From Eubacteriales bacterium (GTDB lineage: Bacteria; Bacillota; Clostridia; Oscillospirales; CAG-272): a stretch of DNA of 63,600 bases. The notes below the pieces were generated by a model that saw nothing but the letters and a program-made list of their open reading frames with translations, ran no database searches and was not told the origin of the DNA. Below are positions 7,971 to 16,200 of this stretch, piece after piece. The position numbers and the translations under genes are program-made. Location: NCBI GenBank assembly GCA_045605175.1, contig JAZUPL010000035.1, positions 1 to 63,600 of the forward strand. The letters run 5' to 3'. Each line of letters starts with the position of its first letter. The stretch's first letter is position 1.

Positions 7971-10750
7971 TGCGACCAACAAAACTGATAATGTCGGCAT
8001 TCGGCCCTTATGCGGGGGTTGTGACTCTCGATATGGACAGGCTCGGCGAGAGTGGCCTATACCTTATCACGGGTGATACGGGTGCGGGCAAAACTACCAT
8101 TTTCGACGCAATAACCTTTGCCCTTTACGGTGAGGCAAGCGGTGCTTTTCGCAAGGCGGATATGCTACGGTCAAAGTACGCCACGCCCGAGTGCAAAACC
8201 TATGTAGAACTTACTTTTAGCCACAAGGGCGAGGAATATATAATAAGCAGAAACCCCACCTATGAGCGCCTGAAAAAAAGAGGGACAGGCGGCGAAACAA
8301 CAAAAGAAAACGCAGGGGCGACACTAACCCTGCCCGACGGCTCTGTGGTGACAAAGACCTCCGAGGTTACAAAAAAGATAATAGAAATTTTAGGTGTCAC
8401 AAGAGAGCAGTTTATGCAGATAGCGATGATTGCCCAGGGGGACTTTCTTCGTCTGCTTACCGCAAGCACCAACGACAGGAAGGAAATATTCAGCAGTATA
8501 TTTCACACGTCTGCCTATGAAACCCTCGCCGAAAGGATAAAGGCTATGACAAAGAACCTCGGCGCAGAGAGGTCGAGAATTGCCGAGGCGATAAAGTTGC
8601 ACCTGTCAAATTCGCTTATCAGGGAGGACTGCGAGGGTGGCGACCTTATACAGGCATTGCTTGAAGAATCCGCCATCGCTATTGTCAAGCGTATAGAGGA
8701 AATAAAGGTGATTTTATCCTCGGTTATAGTAAGCGACACAGAAGAAAAGGAAAATATAAAGAAAGAAATAGAGAAAGTCGAAAAGGAGATGACCTCTATC
8801 GAACTGCTTTTGGATAGAGCAAGGACGAGAGCAGAATTGATAGAAGAGAGGGACAAGGCAAAAACAGACCTGCAAACCGCCACAAAAGAAAAGGAAAAGG
8901 CGGAAGACGAGGAAAAGAGGATAGACCGACTAAAAGAGGAGCGCGAAAGAGTAGTACAAAAGGCGCAGGCACTTAACTCGGCTCTGCCCGAATATTCGAC
9001 TCTTGACACTCTTACAGAGAGAATATCCCAACTGATAGAGGATATAAAAGAGCAGGAAAAAGCCCTTGAAAATGCAGAAAAGAGAATAGCAGAACTTGAT
9101 ACGGCTATTTGCCTGTGCGAAGAAACTCGCCTCGGCCTTGAAGAAAAAAGTCAGGGAAAGGAGCAAGCCGTAAAGGAGAAGAACGAGGTAGAATCTCGAA
9201 TTATTGAACTTGAAAAATTAAAGGGTAGAATAGAAAACAAAGCGACCTTGACCGAAAGCCTTGTCAGCACAAGGCAGGAGTATGAGCAGGCGAAGGAAAA
9301 GGCAAGAACAACACTTGCGCTTTACACCGAGTTAAACTCAAGATTTTTAGACGAGCAGGCGGGCATACTTGCCGTGAATTTAAGCGATGGCAAGCCCTGT
9401 CCTGTGTGTGGCTCACTTTCGCACCCAAGCCCTGCAAATCCTTCCGAGGACGCCCCCACCGAGGCAGATGTAAAGAAAGCCAAGGAAAACAGTGATTCGG
9501 CACAGGAAGAAAGGGAACAGAAAAGTGTTGAGTGTAAATCAATAGCCACACGCCTTGAAGTGGAGGAAAAGGAGATAAGCGACAGTACTCTTCTTCTTTT
9601 TGGAGAGGGCGTGCTTGCAGAGTGTGAAACGGTCGCTTCCTTGATAGCCGAGTTGGAGGAGAAAAAGAACTCTCTTGAAAGCAGAATAAAAGAGATAGAA
9701 AGCGCCAAAGAGGCTCTCAAAAGCCTTGAAAAAGACCTGGGAGAAAAAAGGGAAGAGCGAGCAAGTCTTACCGAGAAAATAAAGGGTTGTATAAAAATAA
9801 TCGAGGCAAAAACCGAGGATAAAACCCTAACCGACAGCCAAAAGGAAAAGATAGTTGCAAAACTTGAATTTTCCACAAAAAAAGAGGCAGAGGACGAGAT
9901 TGTCGCCCTCGAAAAAAGAAAGTCCGAAATCGACGGGGATATTGAAACTATTACCCAAAGGCTTAATCAGGCGAGGGAAAACTACGCCACGGCAAAGGCT
10001 CTTTTAGCGAGCAAAAACGAGGAATTGGACAAGAGCAAGGAAGTCGATCTTTCTACAATAGAGGAAAACAAACAACAACTTATAGCAAGCAAAACAGCCC
10101 TCACAAACAAAAAGGAACAAGCCATAACAAGAATAGATACAAACACCCAGTCATTGAAAGATATAACCGAAAAGTATCAAGTATTCTTAAAGGTTGAGAG
10201 CGAGTATGTAATGCTTACGGGACTTGATGACACCTTCGGTGGCAAGGCTATGGGAGAGGGAAAAATCAAACTTGAAACCTATATCCTGACACATTATTTC
10301 GATAGGGTTATCGATATGGCGAATGTCAGATTTTTCACGATGAGTTCAGGACAGTATCGTCTTGTCCGTTCCACCGAGGCGGAGAGACAAGGGCAGGGCG
10401 GACTGGAACTTAATGTTATCGACTACTATACGGGTGCCGAGCGAAGTGTAAAAAGCTTGTCGGGTGGCGAATCCTTTAAGGCATCGCTATCCTTGGCACT
10501 TGGACTCTCCGACCTAATACAGAGCGACGCAGGTGGAATAGAACTTGACACGATGTTCGTGGACGAGGGCTTTGGCTCGCTTGATACAGAGTCTATTGAC
10601 GTTGCCGTTCGAGCATTGATAGGCCTTGGTGACGGCACCCGCCTTGTGGGCATCGTATCCCATAGACCGGAACTACTTGCAAGTATAGACCGTCAAATAC
10701 AGGTAAAAAAGGACAAGAAAAGCGGAAGCACGGCGAGAATAGTATTATAA
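7970..10750 (+). CDS. sbcC: SbcC / Rad50-type SMC ATPase
   Basis: Walker A GDTGAGKTT, a long coiled coil, zinc hook CPVCG, signature LSGGE and Walker B MFVDEGFG. Start set at the ATG overlapping the sbcD stop. Confidence 0.93.
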   Translation: MRPTKLIMSAFGPYAGVVTLDMDRLGESGLYLITGDTGAGKTTIFDAITFALYGEASGAFRKADMLRSKYATPECKTYVELTFSHKGEEYIISRNPTYERLKKRGTGGETTKENAGATLTLPDGSVVTKTSEVTKKIIEILGVTREQFMQIAMIAQGDFLRLLTASTNDRKEIFSSIFHTSAYETLAERIKAMTKNLGAERSRIAEAIKLHLSNSLIREDCEGGDLIQALLEESAIAIVKRIEEIKVILSSVIVSDTEEKENIKKEIEKVEKEMTSIELLLDRARTRAELIEERDKAKTDLQTATKEKEKAEDEEKRIDRLKEERERVVQKAQALNSALPEYSTLDTLTERISQLIEDIKEQEKALENAEKRIAELDTAICLCEETRLGLEEKSQGKEQAVKEKNEVESRIIELEKLKGRIENKATLTESLVSTRQEYEQAKEKARTTLALYTELNSRFLDEQAGILAVNLSDGKPCPVCGSLSHPSPANPSEDAPTEADVKKAKENSDSAQEEREQKSVECKSIATRLEVEEKEISDSTLLLFGEGVLAECETVASLIAELEEKKNSLESRIKEIESAKEALKSLEKDLGEKREERASLTEKIKGCIKIIEAKTEDKTLTDSQKEKIVAKLEFSTKKEAEDEIVALEKRKSEIDGDIETITQRLNQARENYATAKALLASKNEELDKSKEVDLSTIEENKQQLIASKTALTNKKEQAITRIDTNTQSLKDITEKYQVFLKVESEYVMLTGLDDTFGGKAMGEGKIKLETYILTHYFDRVIDMANVRFFTMSSGQYRLVRSTEAERQGQGGLELNVIDYYTGAERSVKSLSGGESFKASLSLALGLSDLIQSDAGGIELDTMFVDEGFGSLDTESIDVAVRALIGLGDGTRLVGIVSHRPELLASIDRQIQVKKDKKSGSTARIVL

Positions 10751-10910
10751 AATTATACACAATCATAACCTTTGAATATTGTATTCAATATCGAAAGACA
10801 TAAAGCGGCGAGGCGTAATAACCTTGTCGCTTTATATTATAAACTTCACACTGGGGAATAATTTTTCTAAAATGTATTGACATTCTAAGAAAAATGAATA
10901 TAATAATATT

Positions 10911-10975
10911 GAGAGCAGTAGAGTCTTCGTGACAGCTGACACAAATTTTGTGTCCCGACTGCTCTTTTTTATTTT
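10911..10975 (+). ncRNA. Candidate ~65-nt small RNA (promoter followed directly by a terminator)
   Basis: TTGACA(10877-10882)-16-TATAAT(10899-10904), then outer stem AGAGCAG/CTGCTCT enclosing GACACA/TGTGTC, then T6. Confidence 0.3.
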
Positions 10976-11048
10976 TAGAACAATTTGTTTTCAATTATTA
11001 AAATTTAGAGGGTATAACACTAAAAATAAAGAAAAAGCGAAAAACCTC

Positions 11049-11077
11049 TTGCAAAATCAAAATGTTTGTGTTATAAT
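11049..11077 (+). promoter_or_regulatory. Sigma-A promoter for tRNA-Ser
   Basis: TTGCAA-17 nt-TGtTATAAT (extended -10), about 84 nt upstream of the tRNA. Confidence 0.65.
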
Positions 11078-11160
11078 ACCAAAGTGTTGTGACACAGTAT
11101 GCATCATAGAGAGTTATTTCACCTCCAGTGAATATAAACACCTTGTTGCATCATATTTAT

Positions 11161-11251
11161 GCAGAGGTATCGAAGAGGTCATAACGGGGCTGACTCGAAA
11201 TCAGTTTGTGGATAACACCACACGAGGGTTCGAATCCCTCCCTCTGCGCCA
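11161..11251 (+). tRNA. tRNA-Ser (anticodon CGA), class II with long variable arm, CCA encoded
   Basis: Acceptor GCAGAGG/CCTCTGC; anticodon stem GCTGA/TCAGT with loop CTCGAAA; variable arm GTGG..CCAC; T arm GAGGG-TTCGAAT-CCCTC; discriminator G plus CCA. Confidence 0.9.
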
Positions 11252-11296
11252 AAGGTTCAATTTAACCCATTCGGGTTGGATTGAACCTTTCTTTTT
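11252..11296 (+). terminator. Intrinsic terminator after tRNA-Ser
   Basis: aaggttcaat/attgaacctt stem with inner aaccc/gggtt, followed by ctttttt. Confidence 0.8.
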
Positions 11297-11324
11297 GGCT
11301 CATTCCGAAACTCTCAGCGAGGAT

Positions 11325-12095
11325 ATGCCCGATGATGGCAGTAACGGTGGCGCAACAAACGCCGACCTTATTACCAACGACTACCTCTGGGCGTCCTATG
11401 CTTTTATGCACGAGTCCTACGATGATGACGGCGAATCTGATTTTAATGACACATCGGCATTGAATACATATACCTACATTCACGAGTTTGGACATATCCT
11501 CGGCGCTGATGATTATTATGACACCGCAGCCGACACATCTCCTATGGAAGGTTGCGATATTATGGATTCAATGCTTGGAGATCATAGCGCATTCACCAAA
11601 ATTAATTACGGCTGGATAACAGAGTCGCGCCTCGTTGTGACCGACGATTATGTCACCTTGACCTTAAAAGATTTTGGTAAAACAGGCGACACGGTAATCA
11701 TTGCCAACAACTGGGATGAAACTCTTGGCGCATATCAGGAGTATTTTATTGTAGTTTATTACACGAATTTGGGGCTTAACGGCGGTGATAATGCAGGTTA
11801 CTTTGCCCGTGACGGAGTTGTTGTTTACCGCATAAATTCCTCTCTTTATATTGACTCGGAATACGAGGAAATTTATTACGATATTTATAACAATAACACA
11901 GCCCCCTCCGAAGAGTATGGCACCGAGGACAACCTCATTGAGTTTGTAAAAACCCAAAACGACACATTTACCTATGTTGAGGGCGACACCCTCCCAAAGG
12001 TTATTCTCACCTCTGGTGAGAGCCTTATTTATACCTTTGTTGTAGAGTCGATTGATTCCGACGGTGCAACAATTACATTTACAAAAGTGGCTTAA
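11325..12095 (+). CDS. M6 (immune inhibitor A)-like zinc metalloprotease, C-terminal part only; possible gene remnant
   Basis: HEFGHILGADDYYD zinc motif only about 55 aa after the first usable Met. There is no signal peptide or N-terminal catalytic half. The upstream part of the ORF-track frame runs through the tRNA, its promoter and its terminator. Confidence 0.5.
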   Translation: MPDDGSNGGATNADLITNDYLWASYAFMHESYDDDGESDFNDTSALNTYTYIHEFGHILGADDYYDTAADTSPMEGCDIMDSMLGDHSAFTKINYGWITESRLVVTDDYVTLTLKDFGKTGDTVIIANNWDETLGAYQEYFIVVYYTNLGLNGGDNAGYFARDGVVVYRINSSLYIDSEYEEIYYDIYNNNTAPSEEYGTEDNLIEFVKTQNDTFTYVEGDTLPKVILTSGESLIYTFVVESIDSDGATITFTKVA

Positions 12096-12215
12096 AAAAG
12101 TATTAATAGCATACACGATGCCTCGGATTTCTAAAATAGCCGTCGTGACAGTATATTGCAAACCGCACCGAGCATTCTCTAAATGCGTGCCGTACTTTAC
12201 TCTATATCTGCAAGG

Positions 12216-13328
12216 TTAGTTTTTTAGCACTTCGGCAAGTTGCTCCAAAGCGTCATCATAGTTGTCAAAATCAATTATGTAATCGCACAAGGAGGCGTTT
12301 TGTTCTTCGTAATCAATAGCGCAAAGTCTGTTTACTTTATCCTCGATTGATGAGTTTTTCCTGAGGATACTCGCCATCAAGGCTCTTTTGTCCCTCTTGA
12401 TATAAACCGTCGTAACATTTTTATAGTAGGTTTTGAGCGACATAGCGCCACAAATATCCATAGTTGTCACTACACGCTTTCCGCGGGCAAAGGTGGCTTC
12501 AATATCGCTTCGCTTAGTTCCATAGCAGTTGCCGGCGTATGTGGTGGCGGACAGAAATTCGCCTCTGTCACACATACTACGGAATTCCTCAAGCGATACA
12601 TAGTTATACCACTTATTGTTGGGTGTTTCCGAGGGCTCTTTGGTGGTATAAGTAACCAGTTTTTCAAAATCAGGGTTTTCCTCCAAAAAACGGGAAGCAA
12701 TTTTTGACTTTCCGCTGCGGGCAGGTCCTACCAGAACAACGATATCGGGGTCTTCTTCATTTTTTGGGTGGGGAATTGCTGAATAACTTTCCGCGATAAC
12801 CTCCACCAGTTTTAGAAATTCATCATAGTTGTTGACTGCCAACATACCGGTTGCTTCCTGATTCCAGGGGCGGCGCATCAGTATAGGGTGCTTTGCGCCT
12901 GAATTAAGGATGTTGTGCAGGGCATCGTCGAAGAGGATGTCGGTGTGTATATTTTCTTTGGCAGCGCCCATGTAAATATGATTCTCAGGAATTTCGGGAA
13001 ATTCCTCCATAATTCGCCTTGCCCGAATGCCCATAAACTGAGGCGGTATAGCAGTGCAAATATAAACCTCTACCATCTGAGAGAGCCTTTTTACAAAATC
13101 TTGTGCGCCCTCGTAAACGGGCTGGGTGCGATAAAATTCGGGATCGTTAAAATAACTGTAAATAGTATCTGCGCGTGTACCCATTTCGCCCCAACGTTCC
13201 TTTTCATATATGGTCATTGGTGGATTGAATTGATATTTTTCGTTGGCTAACCTGATAACATAAGATGTGCATTCCATCAAAAGGTCATCCACGTCAAGGG
13301 CGACCGATAATTTGTATTTTTTGTTCAT
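12216..13328 (-). CDS. Fusion protein: 5'(3')-deoxyribonucleotidase (NT5C/HAD) N-domain + guanylate kinase C-domain
   Basis: HAD motif I DVDDLL and motif IV FDDALHN in the N-domain. P-loop GPARSGKS and Gmk-like EFLSATTYAGNCYGT in the C-domain. Start set at MNKKYKL, which is preceded by a GAGGT RBS. Confidence 0.8.
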   Translation of the reverse strand: MNKKYKLSVALDVDDLLMECTSYVIRLANEKYQFNPPMTIYEKERWGEMGTRADTIYSYFNDPEFYRTQPVYEGAQDFVKRLSQMVEVYICTAIPPQFMGIRARRIMEEFPEIPENHIYMGAAKENIHTDILFDDALHNILNSGAKHPILMRRPWNQEATGMLAVNNYDEFLKLVEVIAESYSAIPHPKNEEDPDIVVLVGPARSGKSKIASRFLEENPDFEKLVTYTTKEPSETPNNKWYNYVSLEEFRSMCDRGEFLSATTYAGNCYGTKRSDIEATFARGKRVVTTMDICGAMSLKTYYKNVTTVYIKRDKRALMASILRKNSSIEDKVNRLCAIDYEEQNASLCDYIIDFDNYDDALEQLAEVLKN

Positions 13329-13513
13329 TTTACTACCTCGCTTTCTTAAATGTGCTTCGATATACAAATCAAATATTGTCGCGCTTACGCCGTCCACAGC
13401 GACAAGAGAGCAAACCCAATACATACTATATATAAAAAAGGGTTTTCATTTATCACTTTTTATGATTATTAATCGGAGCACATTGTTTAGTTAAATTTTA
13501 TCATCTATATAAT

Positions 13514-13600
13514 AAAAAAATCTACCGTTACAAAGAACGGTAGAAAATCATTTAGGGTGATTTGTAGAGACACGCAACCATATCATGCGTTTATACCAGA
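13514..13600 (-). promoter_or_regulatory. Purine riboswitch (C at the specificity position: guanine class) with overlapping intrinsic terminator
   Basis: The minus-strand RNA aligns to the xpt G-box: P1 UGGUA/UACCG, P2 ACGCA/UGCGU, L2 AUAUGG, J2/3 UCUCUAC, P3 AAAUCA/UGAUUU, L3 CCCUAAA, J3/1 UCU. Terminator is CUACCGUU/AACGGUAG plus U7. Confidence 0.85.
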
Positions 13601-13630
13601 AAAATATATAGATAGTTATTTTGGAATATG

Positions 13631-13659
13631 ATTGTACCATACTTTGCACAAAAATGCAA
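13631..13659 (-). promoter_or_regulatory. Sigma-A promoter driving the purine-riboswitch leader
   Basis: Minus strand reads TTGCAT-17 nt-TGgTACAAT (extended -10). Confidence 0.6.
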
Positions 13660-13706
13660 GAGGTTTTTTAGATTTTTTAACTCTTTTGTATATTTTTCTT
13701 ATTTTT

Positions 13707-13775
13707 GCATTGATGATATACAACACTGCGTGTTGATGATATGCAATGCTTCGCATTGATAGGTGTTATCTAATC
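13707..13775. repeat. Three tandem ~23-bp direct repeats (GYRTTGATGATATRCAAYRCTKC)
   Basis: gcattgatgatatacaacactgc / gtgttgatgatatgcaatgcttc / gcattgataggtgttatc. The last unit overlaps the trpB stop codon. Confidence 0.7.
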
Positions 13776-14983
13776 CCATATCTTTCTATGACAAAGTCCA
13801 TGTCCTTGTCACCTCTGCCTGAGAGGTTGATAAGGATAGAGCCACGCTTCATTTTCTCTGCGAGTTTTATAGCGTAGGCGACGGCGTGGGCGCTTTCAAT
13901 GGCGGGGATAATGCCCTCAAGCCTTGCGAGGGTGAAGAATGCGTCAATGGTTTCCTCGTCGCCTATGCAGTCATATTTTACTCTACCATTGTCACGAAGG
14001 AATGCGTGCTCCGGGCCTGATGAGGGGTAATCAAGACCGCTGGCAACCGAGTAAACGGGAGCAGGCTCGCCGTTTTCGTCCTTTAACATAATACTGTTAA
14101 AGCCGTGCATAATTCCCTCGCTGCCATATTTAAGACTTGCCGCGTGGTCGCCGAGTGTTGGCCCTTTGCCGAGTGGCTCAACACCATAAATCTCCACAGG
14201 ATAATTAAGGAAACCGCTAAACAGTCCCATAGCATTAGAGCCACCGCCCACGCAGGCAACTATGGCGTCGGGAAGTTCGCCCGTCATACCGAGGAACTGT
14301 TCGCGAGCCTCTATACCTACAACACTTTGAAAATCTCTGACCATCATAGGGAAGGGGTGAGGGCCAAGTACCGAGCCTATGCAATATATAGCATCCTGAT
14401 ATTCACGAGCGTAGGCTAAAAAGGCGGCATCGACCGCTTCTTTCAGCGTGGCAAGTCCCTCGGTTACTTCTATAACGTTTGCGCCGAGTATTTTCATTCT
14501 CGCCACGTTGGGGGCTTGCTTCTTTATATCCACCGAGCCCATATAGATGTCGCATTTCAGTCCGAAGTATGCGGCGGCGGTGGCAAGAGCAACACCGTGT
14601 TGTCCTGCACCTGTTTCGGCAATGACCTTTTTCTTTCCCATATATTTTGCCAAGAGTGCCTCGCCCATGCAGTGGTTGAGTTTGTGAGCGCCTGTGTGGT
14701 TGAGATCCTCACGCTTTGCATACAGTTGAACATTTCCGAGTTTATTTGAGAGTCTTTCAAGATAACTTATAGGCGTAGGTCTGCCCTGAAATTCTCGACG
14801 AATTGTGCGAAGTTCGCCTATAAATTTGCTGGATTTACATATAGTGAAGTACGCCTCGGTTATCTCTTCCATAGCCTTTCTTAATTCGGGGGTTATGTAA
14901 GCACCGCCGTATTTGCCGAAAAATCCGTCGTTTGTGGGGTAGTTCTTAAAATATGTATCAAAATCAATACCGTTATATATCAT
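13766..14983 (-). CDS. trpB: Tryptophan synthase beta chain (TrpB1-like), stand-alone
   Basis: [22 protein letters not shown] (PLP lysine) and [10 protein letters not shown] motifs. Start set at the second Met, behind AAGGAG. Confidence 0.9.
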   Translation of the reverse strand: MIYNGIDFDTYFKNYPTNDGFFGKYGGAYITPELRKAMEEITEAYFTICKSSKFIGELRTIRREFQGRPTPISYLERLSNKLGNVQLYAKREDLNHTGAHKLNHCMGEALLAKYMGKKKVIAETGAGQHGVALATAAAYFGLKCDIYMGSVDIKKQAPNVARMKILGANVIEVTEGLATLKEAVDAAFLAYAREYQDAIYCIGSVLGPHPFPMMVRDFQSVVGIEAREQFLGMTGELPDAIVACVGGGSNAMGLFSGFLNYPVEIYGVEPLGKGPTLGDHAASLKYGSEGIMHGFNSIMLKDENGEPAPVYSVASGLDYPSSGPEHAFLRDNGRVKYDCIGDEETIDAFFTLARLEGIIPAIESAHAVAYAIKLAEKMKRGSILINLSGRGDKDMDFVIERYGIR

Positions 14984-15096
14984 TTTTCTTCTCCTTATCA
15001 TTTATAAAAATAGATGCAAAAAACTTTTTGTAGATAGCGTGAAAGGGGTATTTAGTTCTTACGCCATCGCTTCGTCAGTAAAATCATAAACCCTCC

Positions 15097-15352
15097 AAAA
15101 AACAAAAAAGTCCCGACAGAAAAAAACTGTCAAGGACGAATGAATATTCGCGGTGCCACCTTGATTCACCAAACGGTGCTCTTACGGATACAAACATATC
15201 CTGACCTATTACGGTGGTCTGCCGTTGTAGAATACTCGGCAAAAATGCCTTTGACTACACCCTCCACGGTCCATTTGCAAGCCTGTATCTTACCCGACTC
15301 TCATCATCACGGGCTCTCTGTAAAGGCATAACCTGCTTTATCTCCGTATCAA
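15097..15352 (-). promoter_or_regulatory. T-box leader (tRNA-Trp predicted) with terminator/antiterminator
   Basis: On the minus strand: AGAGAG box, GUGAUGAUGAGAG K-turn-like region, candidate specifier GCAAAUGGA (UGG at 15273-15271), T-box AAGGUGGCACCGCG (15149-15160), and terminator GUCC..GACAG/CUGUC.GGAC plus a U-run (15097-15137). Confidence 0.85.
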
Positions 15353-15363
15353 CGGTTTATCTA

Positions 15364-15392
15364 ATTATACTTTATAAACAAGGGCTTGTCAA
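15364..15392 (-). promoter_or_regulatory. Sigma-A promoter of the T-box/trpB transcript
   Basis: Minus strand reads TTGACA-17 nt-TATAAT. Confidence 0.7.
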
Positions 15393-15465
15393 GAAAAAAG
15401 TGCAAGAAAAATAGTGCAAAATAAATACAATTTTGACATTTTTTAGTCAAATAGAAACGATATAT

Positions 15466-15765
15466 TTAAGTGAAAAGTTCGTCTTCGATTATGTAGGGGA
15501 GATTTAAGGGTGTCGCAAGGCAAGAAACAAGTCTATTGAAAAACTCGACCGCTTTTTTCTTGTCGGCAAAGCACTCCTTAGCCTCGGCAAATCCTCGAAC
15601 ACCGTCGATGCTTATAAACTCAATGGATATAGAATAAAGGCGGATACCCATACTTGCGATTCTTGAACTATCCTCGTAGGAAAGAGTATATGTATAAGTT
15701 CCGTCTGCTGTTTCTACCTGTTTGGTTTGTAAAGTAATGTGATCGTTTGTGATATTCTGTGCCAT
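15466..15765 (-). CDS. Hypothetical small protein (99 aa)
   Basis: Clean ORF with a GGAGAG RBS and an extended -10 promoter (TGcTATAAT) about 120 nt upstream. I recognise no motif. Confidence 0.55.
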   Translation of the reverse strand: MAQNITNDHITLQTKQVETADGTYTYTLSYEDSSRIASMGIRLYSISIEFISIDGVRGFAEAKECFADKKKAVEFFNRLVSCLATPLNLPYIIEDELFT

Positions 15766-15924
15766 AATTCTCTCCTATATGCAGTTATTTATATCTATAC
15801 TTCAAAATTTGACCTTTGATAACAAAGTCCCTTGAAATACATTAGCCAAAAGCCCCATTTTGGGGGATTGGCTCTTACTGCATATATTATAGCACTAAAT
15901 AAAAAATATTTCTTGCGAAAAAAG

Positions 15925-16200
15925 TCTGCAAAAATAGGGTGTTTTTTGCTCCTAAATGCAATATTTAACAAATTCAGGTTGCAATAGGTCTATAAATGCA
16001 AAAAAACAATTCTTTTTGCGATGAAAATATTGTTTTATAGGGCAGTAAATCCTGCAAACAAAGAGAAAAATGCAGGAATTTTCTGTAAATTTAATAAAAA
16101 AACCTGCAATTATGCAATTTGCAAGATTTATCCCCATAAAACAGAGCCTTGCAAGCGATTTTGCAATCTGCAGGATTTTTATATATTAGAGGCTTGCAAG
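15925..16200. repeat. TGCA-core palindromic motif array; includes the thioesterase terminator
   Basis: 13 TGCA cores (TTGCAA, CTGCAA, ATGCAA, TGCAGG) in about 270 bp. Hairpins: AATCCTGCA..TGCAGGAATT (16048-16080) and CCTGCA..TGCAGG (16103-16175) with a minus-strand U7. Confidence 0.6.

Noticed and set aside
8515-9876. 164-aa and 184-aa minus-strand ORFs inside sbcC
   Set aside because: They are Ser/Phe-rich antisense translations of the GAA/AAG-rich coiled-coil region of SbcC. They have no start context.
10929-11324. N-terminal 132 codons of the 388-aa ORF in the track
   Set aside because: This part of the frame crosses a terminator-like hairpin, a consensus promoter, the whole tRNA-Ser gene and its terminator. 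Protease homology starts only after 11325.
13329-13424. Upstream extensions of several track ORFs (13424, 16992, 48898, 48482, 61930, 38194, 637, 23230, 15001)
   Set aside because: Internal Met codons with proper Shine-Dalgarno spacing, and agreement with family N-termini, give better starts. The extensions overlap neighbouring genes or leader RNAs.
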